A stretch of DNA of 63,881 bases, counting the filler, from Stramenopiles sp. TOSAG23-3 (Eukaryota), in assembly GCA_900128585.1 (NCBI GenBank). It is 7 parts of 7 records of this genome, joined end to end, with 100 filler letters (N's around TTAATTAATTAA, not from the genome) between each part and the next. Parts side by side here need not be neighbours in the genome. Positions count along the whole stretch, not along the records: positions 12,128 to 24,119 come from LT642716.1; positions 24,220 to 36,158 come from LT642718.1; 5 more parts are not named here. One strand, written 5' to 3'. The notes under the pieces were generated by a model, which was not told the origin of the DNA, ran no database searches, and saw only the letters and a list, made by a program, of their open reading frames with translations. This document shows positions 22,454 to 33,848 of this stretch, piece after piece. The first letter of the stretch is position 1; each line of letters starts with the position of its first letter. A program made the translations under genes and the position numbers.

Positions 22454-23875
22454 CTAGGCTATTTGGCATGGGTAAAAAGCTTGAAAGGCAAGCATGTAGG
22501 GATTACCAACGGAGGCCAGCAGGGTTAAGCGTAGTGCGGTCACATCATCTATTTGGTCGGAAACTAAATCAATCTTTTTGTGCCCTACAGACCGGCCCTC
22601 TGAAAATGGAAGCCATTTGTCGCTTGATGCAGATTTTGCTTCCACTTGGTACTCGCGAATCCTTTGACCGTAGCTAATGTCTTCTTGGATCAAAACTCGA
22701 TCGACCGCGGATGGTTTCTTCAACAAGATTGTGAACGTAGTGTCGTGCCCGCCCTTCGTCCTGCTTATGTTTGCAGACCCTGCCGGGTTCCCGTAACATG
22801 TACGAATCCAATCCCCAAATTCTTTTGCTCGAGAGACTTGGTCGAGTGGAATCAGACCACTTCGCAACGGCGCAAAACCTAATTCCATGACACAGTTGTT
22901 CCCAACCGTGCGATGGTAAGAATTTATCATGTCCTCCAAAGTTCTTACACCCATCCCTTTGATTGCAAACCATGTATGGGGAGTCATCAGTACCGTGTCA
23001 CAACCAGTAGGGACGAAAACCGTACCGTTTGACTCACCTTGGCGCGAAGAGCCAAGGGACCATATTGGGCCGACAGGCAAGCCTGATTCCGTTCCCACCC
23101 ATTTGACAGGGTTGTCACTTACCCCAAACCCACCAAATGCAGCCGTGTGGGGCAACAACTCTTGGACCAAAGCTTTTAATCGCATCGCCATGGTCGGTGC
23201 CCATCCGCCATCAAACCACGTTTCGCTCAACGCACCGTAGTTCGTCCATAATTCACGAAGTTGTGCCAGGGATATTTGTTCGAACTCGCTCTGCGTGACA
23301 TTTTGCATGCCAGGCAAAAGCGTAGCATTGGTGCCGACCGTCCCACCGGTGTGAACGTTAAGATAAAAGTTATCTTTCAAAGAGTAGTAATAGCCTGGGG
23401 AAATGCCGACCTTCATCATTTCTTCCCGAAATTCTGCAACGACGTCTCGCTGAATAGCACCCGGCGCAAAGACATCATAACCATACGGTTTGTTGGTCCC
23501 CGGTATCTTTGCGCTCGTCTTAAACATTAGAAAACCGCACCCGTGCTTGGCATTCATCCATGCAATTTTCGCGCCCAGCGACTGAAGGACCAGCGCCCAT
23601 TGGGTGATGTTCAAGTCAGTCGGTGCAAGGGTACTTGGGTCGCTTGTTTTTACACCACGATTCCAGTTCTGTGCGTTGCAGCCCGGATCGCCATCATCGT
23701 ACGCATAAGTGTCCATTTGAAACCCAACAGTTGCAATAATCTCCGCTTGTTGATACCGAACTTGAGTTCTTGTAGGCAATGGGATTACCCCAGGCGTCAC
23801 GACAAGCCCATTTCCCGCGCTCGGCAAGACGGTAAAGGCCAAGAAGTGCGCGCATACGAAGAAGGACAAAACCAT
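22454..23875 (-). CDS. Secreted alpha-L-fucosidase (GH29) with C-terminal F5/8 type C/CBM32-like domain
   Basis: Signal peptide from ATG 23875 (MVLSFFVCAHFLAFTVLPSAGNG). Motifs PTDLNITQW, NAKHGCGF, ELWTNYG, TWFDGG (nucleophile), WVGTESG and IQEDISYGQRIREY...SVGHKKID. Confidence 0.88.
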   Translation of the reverse strand: MVLSFFVCAHFLAFTVLPSAGNGLVVTPGVIPLPTRTQVRYQQAEIIATVGFQMDTYAYDDGDPGCNAQNWNRGVKTSDPSTLAPTDLNITQWALVLQSLGAKIAWMNAKHGCGFLMFKTSAKIPGTNKPYGYDVFAPGAIQRDVVAEFREEMMKVGISPGYYYSLKDNFYLNVHTGGTVGTNATLLPGMQNVTQSEFEQISLAQLRELWTNYGALSETWFDGGWAPTMAMRLKALVQELLPHTAAFGGFGVSDNPVKWVGTESGLPVGPIWSLGSSRQGESNGTVFVPTGCDTVLMTPHTWFAIKGMGVRTLEDMINSYHRTVGNNCVMELGFAPLRSGLIPLDQVSRAKEFGDWIRTCYGNPAGSANISRTKGGHDTTFTILLKKPSAVDRVLIQEDISYGQRIREYQVEAKSASSDKWLPFSEGRSVGHKKIDLVSDQIDDVTALRLTLLASVGNPYMLAFQAFYPCQIA

Positions 23876-24219
23876 TACGGTACTGTATAGAGCTGAGCCG
23901 TTTTGAAAGCTCTTCACTAATTTTCTCTGTTCTTGATTAAGCCTTAGAATTCTAAAATTAGTCCACGGTGAACCGGCGTTGAACCAAATAATGAATTGGA
24001 GCGCCACATCCGACGGTAATTTTGATTAAAGTCTGTCTTAAAATATAGTTTTAATTTTTTATAGTAATTTTCTCACTCTTCTTTTTCACTTTTTATATTA
24101 TTTTAATAGTGCTGTGTATNNNNNNNNNNNNNNNNNNNNNNNNNNNNNNNNNNNNNNNNNNNNTTAATTAATTAANNNNNNNNNNNNNNNNNNNNNNNNN
24201 NNNNNNNNNNNNNNNNNNN

Positions 24220-27162
24220 CGGAGGACGCCCCAACCCTTTCTCTTTAGGGGCGCCTGAAGGGCGCTTAACTATGCCACGCAAATGCTCCGGCCACATTTC
24301 GAACCCTATATTGCGAAGCTCGCCCTCATCTAAATGCGGTACCAAATACTCTGGAAGATTCATTTCATCCTCAAAATCTCCAAATCCTAAAAAGAACTGA
24401 GAAAGTTGCTCCAGCGTCCACACCAACTTTCCCGAATGTGGCTCTTCAATCACATACCACTGCCCAATCGAATAATTATATTCCGCAACCACGTCATATG
24501 TATTTTTTGGCAATTTCACTGCATTGACACCGCTGCCTCGCCTAATAGAAAACTGCCCTCGAGAAATTTCATCGTCTGAGTCATCGACAACAGCCTGTCC
24601 TGCGTTGGCAGAAGTAGATGACCAACTGCGACTCAGGTTGACATTTGCAGCTGACGCATGCTTTACAAGCGCTACATCGTCTAATTTCACTCCACTCAAA
24701 GTTTTCCACATTCTGTACAATTCCCAGCGGGAGCGATTTCCACTGGTCCACTTTATCCTAAAGCAATCTAAATCTGCCAAGGCATCTTTCAGGCCCTGCC
24801 ACCGCCCTGTTCCTTCAAGTTGGTATGGAACTTCTTGGGCGCGACGCTTGCATGGTGGGAGACGCTTGAAAAAGCGAATCATATGATGGCGCCAGCGCGA
24901 AGTTGGAGACGGGAGATTCTCCATCCCTTCGGTGTAAATGCCGTCTGAAGTGAGAGATAGGATGTATTCTCCTTGCTCGCTTTTCATATATCTATTTCGT
25001 ATTTCACGTCGCCGTTTCACTTCGCATATAGGGATCCAAATGTCGCCATTTGTGCTCACAGCACCAATGCTGTCCAAAGCTCGTAACAAAGCTAGCTTAG
25101 TTTCTTGTGATACCAAAGCATTATCTTCGTGCAGTCGAGGCGTTCTAACGATTGAGCTTGACTCCCCTGCTGCTGCCTTTGCGGCAAAGAATTCATCAAG
25201 GTCATCTCGGGCTATGTATTCAAGAATATCGAATAACTCTGCGATAGAAAGACCAATGCGTGACACGAACGAAAGGCACAGAGCTTGACCTATCCAATCT
25301 GCAACCCCCTTAACAGGGCTACCTCCTAGTAGATACTGTGGAACAGGATCGGCTCTCGTCGGCCGTTTTGATCGGGGCATCAATTTTCTACGTGACTCTG
25401 TGTGGGGGGGAGACTCGCCCCTTTGGGCATTGAATATATCGCTGCGAGATTTAAAGCCTCGGAACGCGGCTTGCAATGTCACGGCTGCATGCTCTTTCAC
25501 AAGACTATCAGAAAAATCATTGTAACCAGACCCCGACTTTACATCAACATTGGTGCTGTACGTACGCGTTCGACCGCCGTGAGTCATTCCCCCAAATGCT
25601 TTTTCTTTTTGGGAACTTTCCCCACTCTCTTCCTCAAACCCATCAGTGCTATAGTTCCCTGAGGTTTCAAAGTCATCGTCCGAATATCCTTGTGAAGATA
25701 TTGTACTGCTAGCGGATTGCGCTCGTAACGTTTCAACCCTTGACTTCGGGCGAGTATGGGAATGCTGCCTGTGCAGCATCTGCTCTTCTGGCTTCACGAA
25801 CATGTGTGCCACTTTCTCGCCTAGAGCATCGCCATCGTATTCCTCTTCATGCTGGCATTTAGGATTGGGTACGTACAGCTGAGACTTGTTGGCGATGGTT
25901 CGGGCTGCTGCTGTTATCTGCGCAGTTGGTCGAAATCCATCTTCCCACAGCCCCAATTGGCACGAAAACAACTCTCGAAATGTTTTGCATTTCAACAACT
26001 TCTGCAAACAGTAATTTAAGCAATATCCATGGTCGGAGAAAAAAGCAAGGGAGACTAAAAGAGAGCTCAAAAATTGTGGGTATTGAGCCAGCGGGTGGCC
26101 CAAAATCAAATCTACGTGCACATTAAACAGTCGCAAATGCATCGATATATTTTCGTCAAAGTCTAGACCAGTTAAAAATGTTTTGTTGCTGGCCAATTCC
26201 TCCTGGTACAAAGCGAATGACGCATGCACATGAATTTTTCCATGGCCATGCACAGACCGTGGGGTGTCCAAGAACCTGTCTAATATTTTGCGTGACTCTT
26301 CAGTTTTCAGCAATGGTACTTCGTACGTGTCCCACCCCCTTCGTGCTATTTCTGTTATGACAATGGAAGGTTTTGGAACCCCAGCCTCTGAAAATTCAGC
26401 AACATTTGAATCGTTTCCTTCCGAGCTGAACCCCGTATTGTCGTGGACACTGTTGTACCACCGTATGTATCGTTTCCAGCCGGTGCCTTTCTCTGTAATC
26501 GATAGTATAAAACGGGTCTTAGGGGGGAGAATGAAGGGCAGCCATTTGAGCCCTGCGCGAGAGCCGTCAATTGTCATGACTTTATCTATTCCATCTACAA
26601 TAATAACGACTCCACTGCAACGGGACGCGGCTGACTGCAACAGCCGCGGCAGCTCGCGGCACAACCCTTCCTCTGTATTTTGCAGCGATATGGGAAGATT
26701 AAAACGTTCTTGGATAGCATGAATTAGGCGGCGGAGCATATGAAATAGTTCTACGCTGTCCCTTGATGCCCCGACATGGTGCAAAAATACGAATTCGCGA
26801 AGCTGCTGGTTCTGCATCAGTGCGGCACTGGCACGACGGTCAGCCCACGTAGACAGTGCTGCACTCTTCCCTGACCCTTGTCCTCCAACAACAACTAAAG
26901 GCAGCTTTGTTTCGTCCATTTCCGACCGCTCGCAATATGTACTAAACGTCCTATCAATGACATTTCTTCGAACGTGCGTAAACGGCCCCTTTTTCGACAA
27001 AGATGCCGAGTACCTCGCATGTAGCTGGTTTGCTTCGCGTTCGTCAAGGTCTTTCTCGTCCAGCACAGCCCCAAACTCCAACGCTTTCGCTCCCCGAAGA
27101 GTCGCAGAGTCGGCTGTGAGGCCGGAGTTACCACTATGGAACTTCTTCAGATTCTTTACCAT
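24220..27162 (-). CDS. NACHT/AAA-like NTPase protein with IQ motif (NPHP3/TTC41-like), 3'-partial
   Basis: Walker A PLVVVGGQGSGKS, FLHHVGAS, Walker B IIVDGIDK, LKWLP, IQ motif AAVTLQAAFRGFKSR, RRAQEVPYQL. Runs into the spacer. Confidence 0.78.
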
Positions 27163-27774
27163 TTCCTACAACAACATCTACTTCTATTTCAATCTATGTA
27201 ATGTTCTTTTAAAGAATATCAAACTTTAAGTGAGAAATTGGAAACATGCATCTTATTTGCGTCTACTAATACATAACGAATACTCATCGCTTGTACATTC
27301 GTTCTATAGTTTCTTCGTCAAACCGAATTATTATGAGATTAATAATAATAATTTCTTCTGTTGTTGTTTTATGATAAAATAAAACTCCTCCTCTTCTCTG
27401 TGGCATTTTTTTGCTGCCTTGCTGCTTGGTGCTGTTTCCTGTTGATTTGGAATTTTTATTCGTTCTTCACTCTCAAACTGTTGTTGTCGTAGTAAAATCA
27501 GCTTTTAATTATATAGCTAATGAGGGAGACACAACGTAATAAAATGCACGCTGTGCTAACGGGAAGACGGGGAAAAAATAATCCTAATACAGCCTTAATG
27601 TATAATAATATAAATATAGCATTGAGTGTATGAAATAAGAAGAAAAAGAGGTTATCCTTGAGGAAAATGGTACATATTATTAATATTGTATGTGTTTTAA
27701 CGGATTACTAGGATATTATATATTTGGTCTAAAATCCTTAACTTTAAATGTTATCTAAATAACTTGTCTTCTGC

Positions 27775-30700
27775 CTACTCTCCTACATCAAGGTTTCGTT
27801 TGCTGAAGAGCGGGTTCGCGGAAGAACTGAAAGCCACCGACGTTTTTCGTCTATTTGCGGGTGGTTTGGAGGATGCACTGTTGCTTCGGCTACTCTTGCT
27901 CTTAATCATTCCTGGCACTGCCCCCCCTGACGTGTCCATGTAGTAGTACAGCGGTGGCTTGTTGTTCTGCAGTTTTTGTTCGTGGTAGAAAGTTAACAGA
28001 GTAGAGTTGCCGTCCTGGGAGCCATGCCGATGGGCAAACATATGCATTAGGTCATCCACCTGCTTCCAGTACTGGTTTAAAGACCCCTTGATTTGCTTTA
28101 CTAATTCTCTCTTTGCCTCTTTACTGTCGTTCTCTTTTAATTGAAGCATGTGGCGCATGTAGTCTACATCTTTATTAGACTTAAGCTCCGGCAGGCCTGC
28201 GGGGATCATCAAGGTAAACAGTGATGTAAACAAAGAGGATTCGTCACGGAGCTTTTCGAACGTGTCGGAGGCGTACTTCAAGAACAAGGCCACCTCTGGG
28301 TGACTTTCGTCCCACTCATCGTGCAGCGGGTTGAGCACGTGAAGCATTTGTGGTGTAAACACTAATGGCGACCTTTCTCGTTTGAACTTTAGCCCTGGCG
28401 CAATTTTTTTGGTTTTGAAATTTCCCAAAAAGTGCCCAAAATCAATGTGGAACAAGTGTCCGTCAGTCTGCATCATAATGTTACTAGGGTGGCGGTCACC
28501 GATCCCCATCACGTACGTCGCGACGACATACCCTGCGCAAGAACGAAGAAAGTTGCGGACAAACTGGTTGACAACCACTTCGTCTCTTTCTGGGGGTACT
28601 ACCGAAATATTTTCTCGCATCAAGCGTGCGTTTGCCAGAATGAAGTCGTACAAGGGATTCTTGTTCGTTGGGCCACCGCCCGCCCATTGCATGCGGGCGA
28701 CTGTGTCGGAGCGAGGCACAATCTCCACCATACCGACCATATCTCCAGTGCCCACAACCCGATACGGGATCATGCTTAAATCAAACCCGTCCTTCAACGC
28801 CATCTTATTCACAATTTTAAGAAACAAGAGCGTAATTTGATCTTGCCGCAAATCATCCCCAACTTTAAATATTATTTTGATGTTCCCGCCTGTCCGGTCC
28901 GCATTCTTAAACTCTATCCACAGAGGCGCTTGCTTGGAGTCCATTACCTTGCACTTCGATGCGTCCACTCCACGGCAATTGTACCCAGGCCAAAGACTGA
29001 TTTCGAACTCTTCCGGCCAAGAAATCTCCTCAATCTCCCGCTTTAATACTTCCCTTCGCCTCGCCCCTTCTTTCTTAGGGATGCGCATGACAGTCTTTGT
29101 GATTAGCTCCAGATTGTTGCAGACGACGGCCTGCTTTCGGAGTAGTCTCCGGTGGCACCCACAGTGAGTCAAATATGTTTCCAAGGCTAAATGGAAGCGG
29201 GAATGGCATTTTTCGTCGTGCAGTTCCGCTCGTAGCAACCAGTACAAATAGTGGCCTACAACGTGCGGGTTCCTCAGTGCGCGCCGCAGCAAAAAACGGA
29301 GTAAGACGCTGTCGTGGTTCCGTTCCAATTTTAAGCACTGGACCAGTTGCAACAAGTAATCGCTAAGGTCTTCATCATTAAGCATTGCGACCTTGGAGAC
29401 TGCGTACGCGCGGACTGTCTCGTCCAAGTACTTGATTCCTAACAACGACAGTGCCGTTTCGGCGTCAGGTTCGGCCCAGTACCCTAGCATCGCTCGCGCT
29501 TCTTGGGCTTGGTCAAACTCTTTCCACTTGACAATTGCTAAAAACTTTGGAAGCAACCGATAATTCTGAATGCATCGGTACCTATTGTCCCACATCAGCT
29601 TCGAGTGTAAATGAAATTCAGAGTCCTCAACACTCTCTTTGCTCGCCAACGGACTGTCAAGAAAATCTTGGTTTTCGAACGATATTTTTATCTCAGACTG
29701 CATCACAGAGAGAACCGTGTTTCGGAACTCTGGATCCACAGAGGCCACATAATCTTTGACTTTCTTGTCTTTTTCAAACTCCGTTGTGCCTGGAGTCGCG
29801 GAATTGTTGATACGGGTAGCCACACCAAAGCCTTTGAGGTTCTCTTTCACTAAACGCAGGGCAGAGTCGTTGACATTAGTCGCGAAAGATTGAAATGGTG
29901 ACAGCATTATGCGGTGTATATTGCTTGGGGGGTATACGACTTGCTTTCGCCCTTCTAGAAATCTTTCAAAATCAAGTGTCACCTTGCATATCGAGTTCAT
30001 ATTATAACGCGTTCTGGGATTCACACTGGTCGGCACGAGCATGACCCAGTCTGCAACCTTGCCGGTGTGAGACCCTCCCCACTTGGACACGTGCACTACC
30101 GTCTGTCCTTGCCACAGGTTTCCTATCTCATCAAACAAGCGCACAGCGCCGATCCCAAAGCACTCTTCTTTTCCATCGCTCGATATTCCAACGAGGCTTA
30201 CACCAATCCGCGTGGAAGGAGAGAGGTTTGACACTAGCAACTTTCTGAACTGGATCTTGGAGTCGTTCGCAGACCAGTAGATGCAGCGACTAAATGCACG
30301 TTTAGTTGAGCTACAGACCGCGATAGTCTTGCCGCAATCATAAACCCCAAAATCCAAGCGAATGCTATCGCAAAAAAAGCTCTCTTTTCCGATGATGACA
30401 CGGGGGGACATTAACCCGTGTATGCTTTTGACGTTGAAACGAACCGGCCAATGAAGTGAGATCGAAGGAGTTGCGTTGCCACTTAAAATGGATTTTCTCA
30501 GTGCTTGGAACCGGTCGTCGAGAAAGACGTCCCAGTCTACGCACGTTGCGGCGCACTTTCGCCGTGCGGCCGGCTGTTTATACGTTCCGTTCCCCACCCT
30601 GTCGACATTTTCAACAAGATCAGAGTACCTCTCGAAACATTGAATACCAAACAATAGCAACAGCTGGGCGCGAAGCTCATTCAAACGATCGGAATCGTCA

Positions 30701-32148
30701 ATGTACATGGAATCCCCTTTAATATTGTCCCACAGCAACGTTAGAGTATCAACAAAATTTTCGCGCTCTTCCTTCGTTCCTTCCGAAGAGCACCGGTAAG
30801 GCCGTTTCCGAATGCTGGAAACAGCAACAGAATCTTTCCCAGACAAACGCTCCAAGGTGTACGTGGGCTTGGTGAACATGGCTACCCCTTCTGATTCCCG
30901 CATTTGCTCTTGTGCGTAAGTGAACCATAAGTAAGGAAATTCTTCATGGATCATGTAGTCCTTCACTCCACAGACCTTCAACAAATATTTAGGACGTTGG
31001 CTCTGTTGTATATCTAGCTGCGCAAAAACCCTTTCCATAACATTGCCCAAGGTGTCCGATTCAAAAATCTTTACTGTAAAGTTCTGCGAGAATCCGTTTT
31101 TCATGTAATTTATTACGGCGTGCACTGTGTCGGGGAAATTAAAAGGCAGGCGGGGGTATCTATCTTCACGCACCCCCATGGCTGCACAGTTGGGGAAACT
31201 TACGGGTCTAATGTTCTCAGGAAATTTCAAGTTGGCCTCTAGGTATTTCCCGTCGCTTTCCAAATGTAGCGTTGAAATCCACACATTCAGTCTAGCCCTG
31301 CACTCCCACAACTCCACTGTATCGGCGTCTTGTTTGTCCCCACTTAAAAACACAATATCGGCGTTGAGCTGCTCGTCGCTGGAACTGCTCGTAGACGATA
31401 CTTTCGCGATGGTGTCTTCGAATTCGTAAGGATTTTTTGCTTGAATTTCCCCTTCGTTGTTTCGGTAAAATACTCCAGATTCAGGGAACGGAACCTTCTG
31501 CGTGTGGATCGTTTCTAGCAAAGAGTACGTCATTGGAACGCTAGGCATCCAAAAATCATTGTCACTAACACAAACTTTCCATTCCTTTTCATTTTCAGTT
31601 CTAATCTTCTTTAAAATTTCTTTATCTTTGGCAACCCGGTGGGCTTCGCTCAGCTCGGCGACTATAGCGTACCTGTCCACTGCCATTGTATCTTCTAACG
31701 TCTCTCTTTGTTCTGTGCTGTCGTCCTCGTCATCTCCCAGCCCTGGTTGCTGGTTCCCTCGGCGGCGTGCTGCCACCTTTTTCAGTGTGTTGCGGTTTTG
31801 CCACTCACACGGGGGCAACACCCACGAAGAAATGTTCAGACTTTTGCTATGGTAAAACGGCCTTAGTGAGTGAGGGTCAATATGCCTTTCCCAGAGAAGA
31901 CCATCACAAATACGACTATCGAATACGTTTCCGAACGTATACAAAGGTGCATCTGACGCGTCCGAGTACACGACACAGTTTGGAGGAATTTCCTGCACTA
32001 TCTCTTTAGTTGCTCTATTCTCAAAAATCTGGGACGGGGCACCGTCTGGGGAAACTACTTGGGACACTTGATTCCAAGAGTCGATCGACAACCTCTCTCC
32101 CCGAGGAGGGGAAACCTTCTGCTCTTCTAATTCCGGTTGGTGTTCCAT
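27775..32148 (-). CDS. PI3K: Class I-like phosphoinositide 3-kinase catalytic subunit (WW, Ras-binding, C2, helical, kinase)
   Basis: CKVMDSKQAPLW, IIFKVGDDLRQDQ, GIGDRHPSNIM, HIDFGHFLGNFK, KRERSPLVFT. Helical domain YLLQLVQCLKLE; RBD-like YLLKVCGVKDY. Confidence 0.93.
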   Translation of the reverse strand: MEHQPELEEQKVSPPRGERLSIDSWNQVSQVVSPDGAPSQIFENRATKEIVQEIPPNCVVYSDASDAPLYTFGNVFDSRICDGLLWERHIDPHSLRPFYHSKSLNISSWVLPPCEWQNRNTLKKVAARRRGNQQPGLGDDEDDSTEQRETLEDTMAVDRYAIVAELSEAHRVAKDKEILKKIRTENEKEWKVCVSDNDFWMPSVPMTYSLLETIHTQKVPFPESGVFYRNNEGEIQAKNPYEFEDTIAKVSSTSSSSDEQLNADIVFLSGDKQDADTVELWECRARLNVWISTLHLESDGKYLEANLKFPENIRPVSFPNCAAMGVREDRYPRLPFNFPDTVHAVINYMKNGFSQNFTVKIFESDTLGNVMERVFAQLDIQQSQRPKYLLKVCGVKDYMIHEEFPYLWFTYAQEQMRESEGVAMFTKPTYTLERLSGKDSVAVSSIRKRPYRCSSEGTKEERENFVDTLTLLWDNIKGDSMYIDDSDRLNELRAQLLLLFGIQCFERYSDLVENVDRVGNGTYKQPAARRKCAATCVDWDVFLDDRFQALRKSILSGNATPSISLHWPVRFNVKSIHGLMSPRVIIGKESFFCDSIRLDFGVYDCGKTIAVCSSTKRAFSRCIYWSANDSKIQFRKLLVSNLSPSTRIGVSLVGISSDGKEECFGIGAVRLFDEIGNLWQGQTVVHVSKWGGSHTGKVADWVMLVPTSVNPRTRYNMNSICKVTLDFERFLEGRKQVVYPPSNIHRIMLSPFQSFATNVNDSALRLVKENLKGFGVATRINNSATPGTTEFEKDKKVKDYVASVDPEFRNTVLSVMQSEIKISFENQDFLDSPLASKESVEDSEFHLHSKLMWDNRYRCIQNYRLLPKFLAIVKWKEFDQAQEARAMLGYWAEPDAETALSLLGIKYLDETVRAYAVSKVAMLNDEDLSDYLLQLVQCLKLERNHDSVLLRFLLRRALRNPHVVGHYLYWLLRAELHDEKCHSRFHLALETYLTHCGCHRRLLRKQAVVCNNLELITKTVMRIPKKEGARRREVLKREIEEISWPEEFEISLWPGYNCRGVDASKCKVMDSKQAPLWIEFKNADRTGGNIKIIFKVGDDLRQDQITLLFLKIVNKMALKDGFDLSMIPYRVVGTGDMVGMVEIVPRSDTVARMQWAGGGPTNKNPLYDFILANARLMRENISVVPPERDEVVVNQFVRNFLRSCAGYVVATYVMGIGDRHPSNIMMQTDGHLFHIDFGHFLGNFKTKKIAPGLKFKRERSPLVFTPQMLHVLNPLHDEWDESHPEVALFLKYASDTFEKLRDESSLFTSLFTLMIPAGLPELKSNKDVDYMRHMLQLKENDSKEAKRELVKQIKGSLNQYWKQVDDLMHMFAHRHGSQDGNSTLLTFYHEQKLQNNKPPLYYYMDTSGGAVPGMIKSKSSRSNSASSKPPANRRKTSVAFSSSANPLFSKRNLDVGE

Positions 32149-32418
32149 CTAGTTTACTTGTCGGTGTCCTAGTTCAAACCGGAAACGGGTTGCGTTCCAT
32201 AGAAAACGTCACTACGTAGGTCTATAAAATAAAGCATGAACTGATTATTTAATCGAAGCCTGCAAATTACAGTGTGCAAATAGTAACCAACATTCCACCT
32301 TTCTGTTTTTTTATTTTAAGTTATACCGTAATTATTATTATTATTTTTATTATTATTAATATCTGTGCACAGATAATAACTGTTCTACTAGACGACTATT
32401 ATTTTTTTATTATAATTA

Positions 32419-32469
32419 AAGAAGAAGAAGAAGAAGAAGAAGAAGAAGAAGAAGAAGAAGAAAGAAGAA
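32419..32469. repeat. (GAA)n trinucleotide microsatellite in a divergent intergenic region
   Basis: Directly visible tandem array. Confidence 0.92.
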
Positions 32470-32931
32470 TGAGGAAACTAATAAAGGCCTCAGTCAGACA
32501 CTGTACGAGGACTACGAGGACCTTCAACATCCTCTATTTAAATTATTATAATAAAAGTACTAATATATCGTATTCTAGTGGTTCTCTTCCATTTTATTTG
32601 GCTGGCAGCAAAGCACTTTTTTATATTATTCTTTGATGACGAAAAAAATATTCGTTACTTTCCTAAATATAACAAAAAACGTTGACCCGTTTAATAACCT
32701 GTAAATAGCATGAAAAAATATTCAAAAATATTATATATTGTTCGTTTTTATTTATAAAAAATATTGAGTATATAAAATTATGGGTTTTTTTACATACTAT
32801 ATGTAGAATGAAAATATTATCAAACTCTGCGATGAAACCTTTCTTTGTGGTTATCCTAAACTTTTTTTCCAACCTCAACCAAGGGAAAGACCAACACCAA
32901 AAACTCATCAAGAAAAGGATTTGTTATCACC

Positions 32932-33729
32932 ATGCCACCGAAAAAGAAGAAAGGCAAGAAGAAGAAGGAAGTGGAACCCATCACTGATGCTAGAACTCTG
33001 CGGATGATTGGGGAGTACTTGGAGGGCACCACGCTAAAGCTGACACTGTGCTACGAGGTTGAAAATGGTCCCATACGGACCTCCGTGGTTTTGTCTGATC
33101 TTGACTGCGTGCATCATTTGTTCCGAGAGCTTTGGAGGTGGTTGGATTGTGAATGGGGGAAAGAATACATTTTCATATCTACCCTGCCCACATCGGACCA
33201 AAATTCGTTTACTCTGGGGTTTGACGGGGGGAAGGGGCTCACAGACCTTGGTATTAAGAACGGGGATTGCTTAGTGTTTGTGGAGTCGAACAAACGAACC
33301 CTGGGGGAGTACACAAAGAAAAGGATGAGAGTCCAGCTCGATGCTTTGAATATGAAATTATCGGATCAAAAGGCAGAGCTATTGCTTGCCAAGAAAGACG
33401 ACAAGCATGCTGATGACATTGCTGCCCTTGAGGAAAATATTAAGTATTTGGATGGGGAGGTGGATAAATATCGTGCGTACAGCAATGACCACAAGAAGGC
33501 GATAGCAGATCTTTACACGTTTGAGATCGGTGAAAAGCTGGCGCCTACGACGGCCGGAAAAGAAAAAAAGCCCTTCTCCGAGCTTCCAATCGAAATAAAG
33601 CAAGAGTTAGAAAACGAAAAAAAAGAAGGCCTAGATATTCTTATTAATAATCGCAACATCATTGCTGCTCAGAAGGCGAAGGCGGCTGGGGGCGGGAAAA
33701 AAGGGAAAAAAGGCAAGAAGAAGAAGTAA
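32932..33729 (+). CDS. Hypothetical protein with Lys-rich termini, possible ubiquitin-like fold and coiled coil
   Basis: ACCATG start, MPPKKKKGKKKK...GGGKKGKKGKKKK. The segment GKGLTDLGIKNGDCLVFVE resembles the end of a ubiquitin-like/UBX fold. Confidence 0.75.
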   Translation: MPPKKKKGKKKKEVEPITDARTLRMIGEYLEGTTLKLTLCYEVENGPIRTSVVLSDLDCVHHLFRELWRWLDCEWGKEYIFISTLPTSDQNSFTLGFDGGKGLTDLGIKNGDCLVFVESNKRTLGEYTKKRMRVQLDALNMKLSDQKAELLLAKKDDKHADDIAALEENIKYLDGEVDKYRAYSNDHKKAIADLYTFEIGEKLAPTTAGKEKKPFSELPIEIKQELENEKKEGLDILINNRNIIAAQKAKAAGGGKKGKKGKKKK

Positions 33730-33848
33730 AAAGGAGGGAAGAGTGTTTGCAATTACATCGCTACTAATGTTTCATAATTATATTTAAACTACTTTGTACT
33801 GAAATTAAAAAGATGGGGAGTAAAAAACTCCACCGTCTGTACGCCCCA

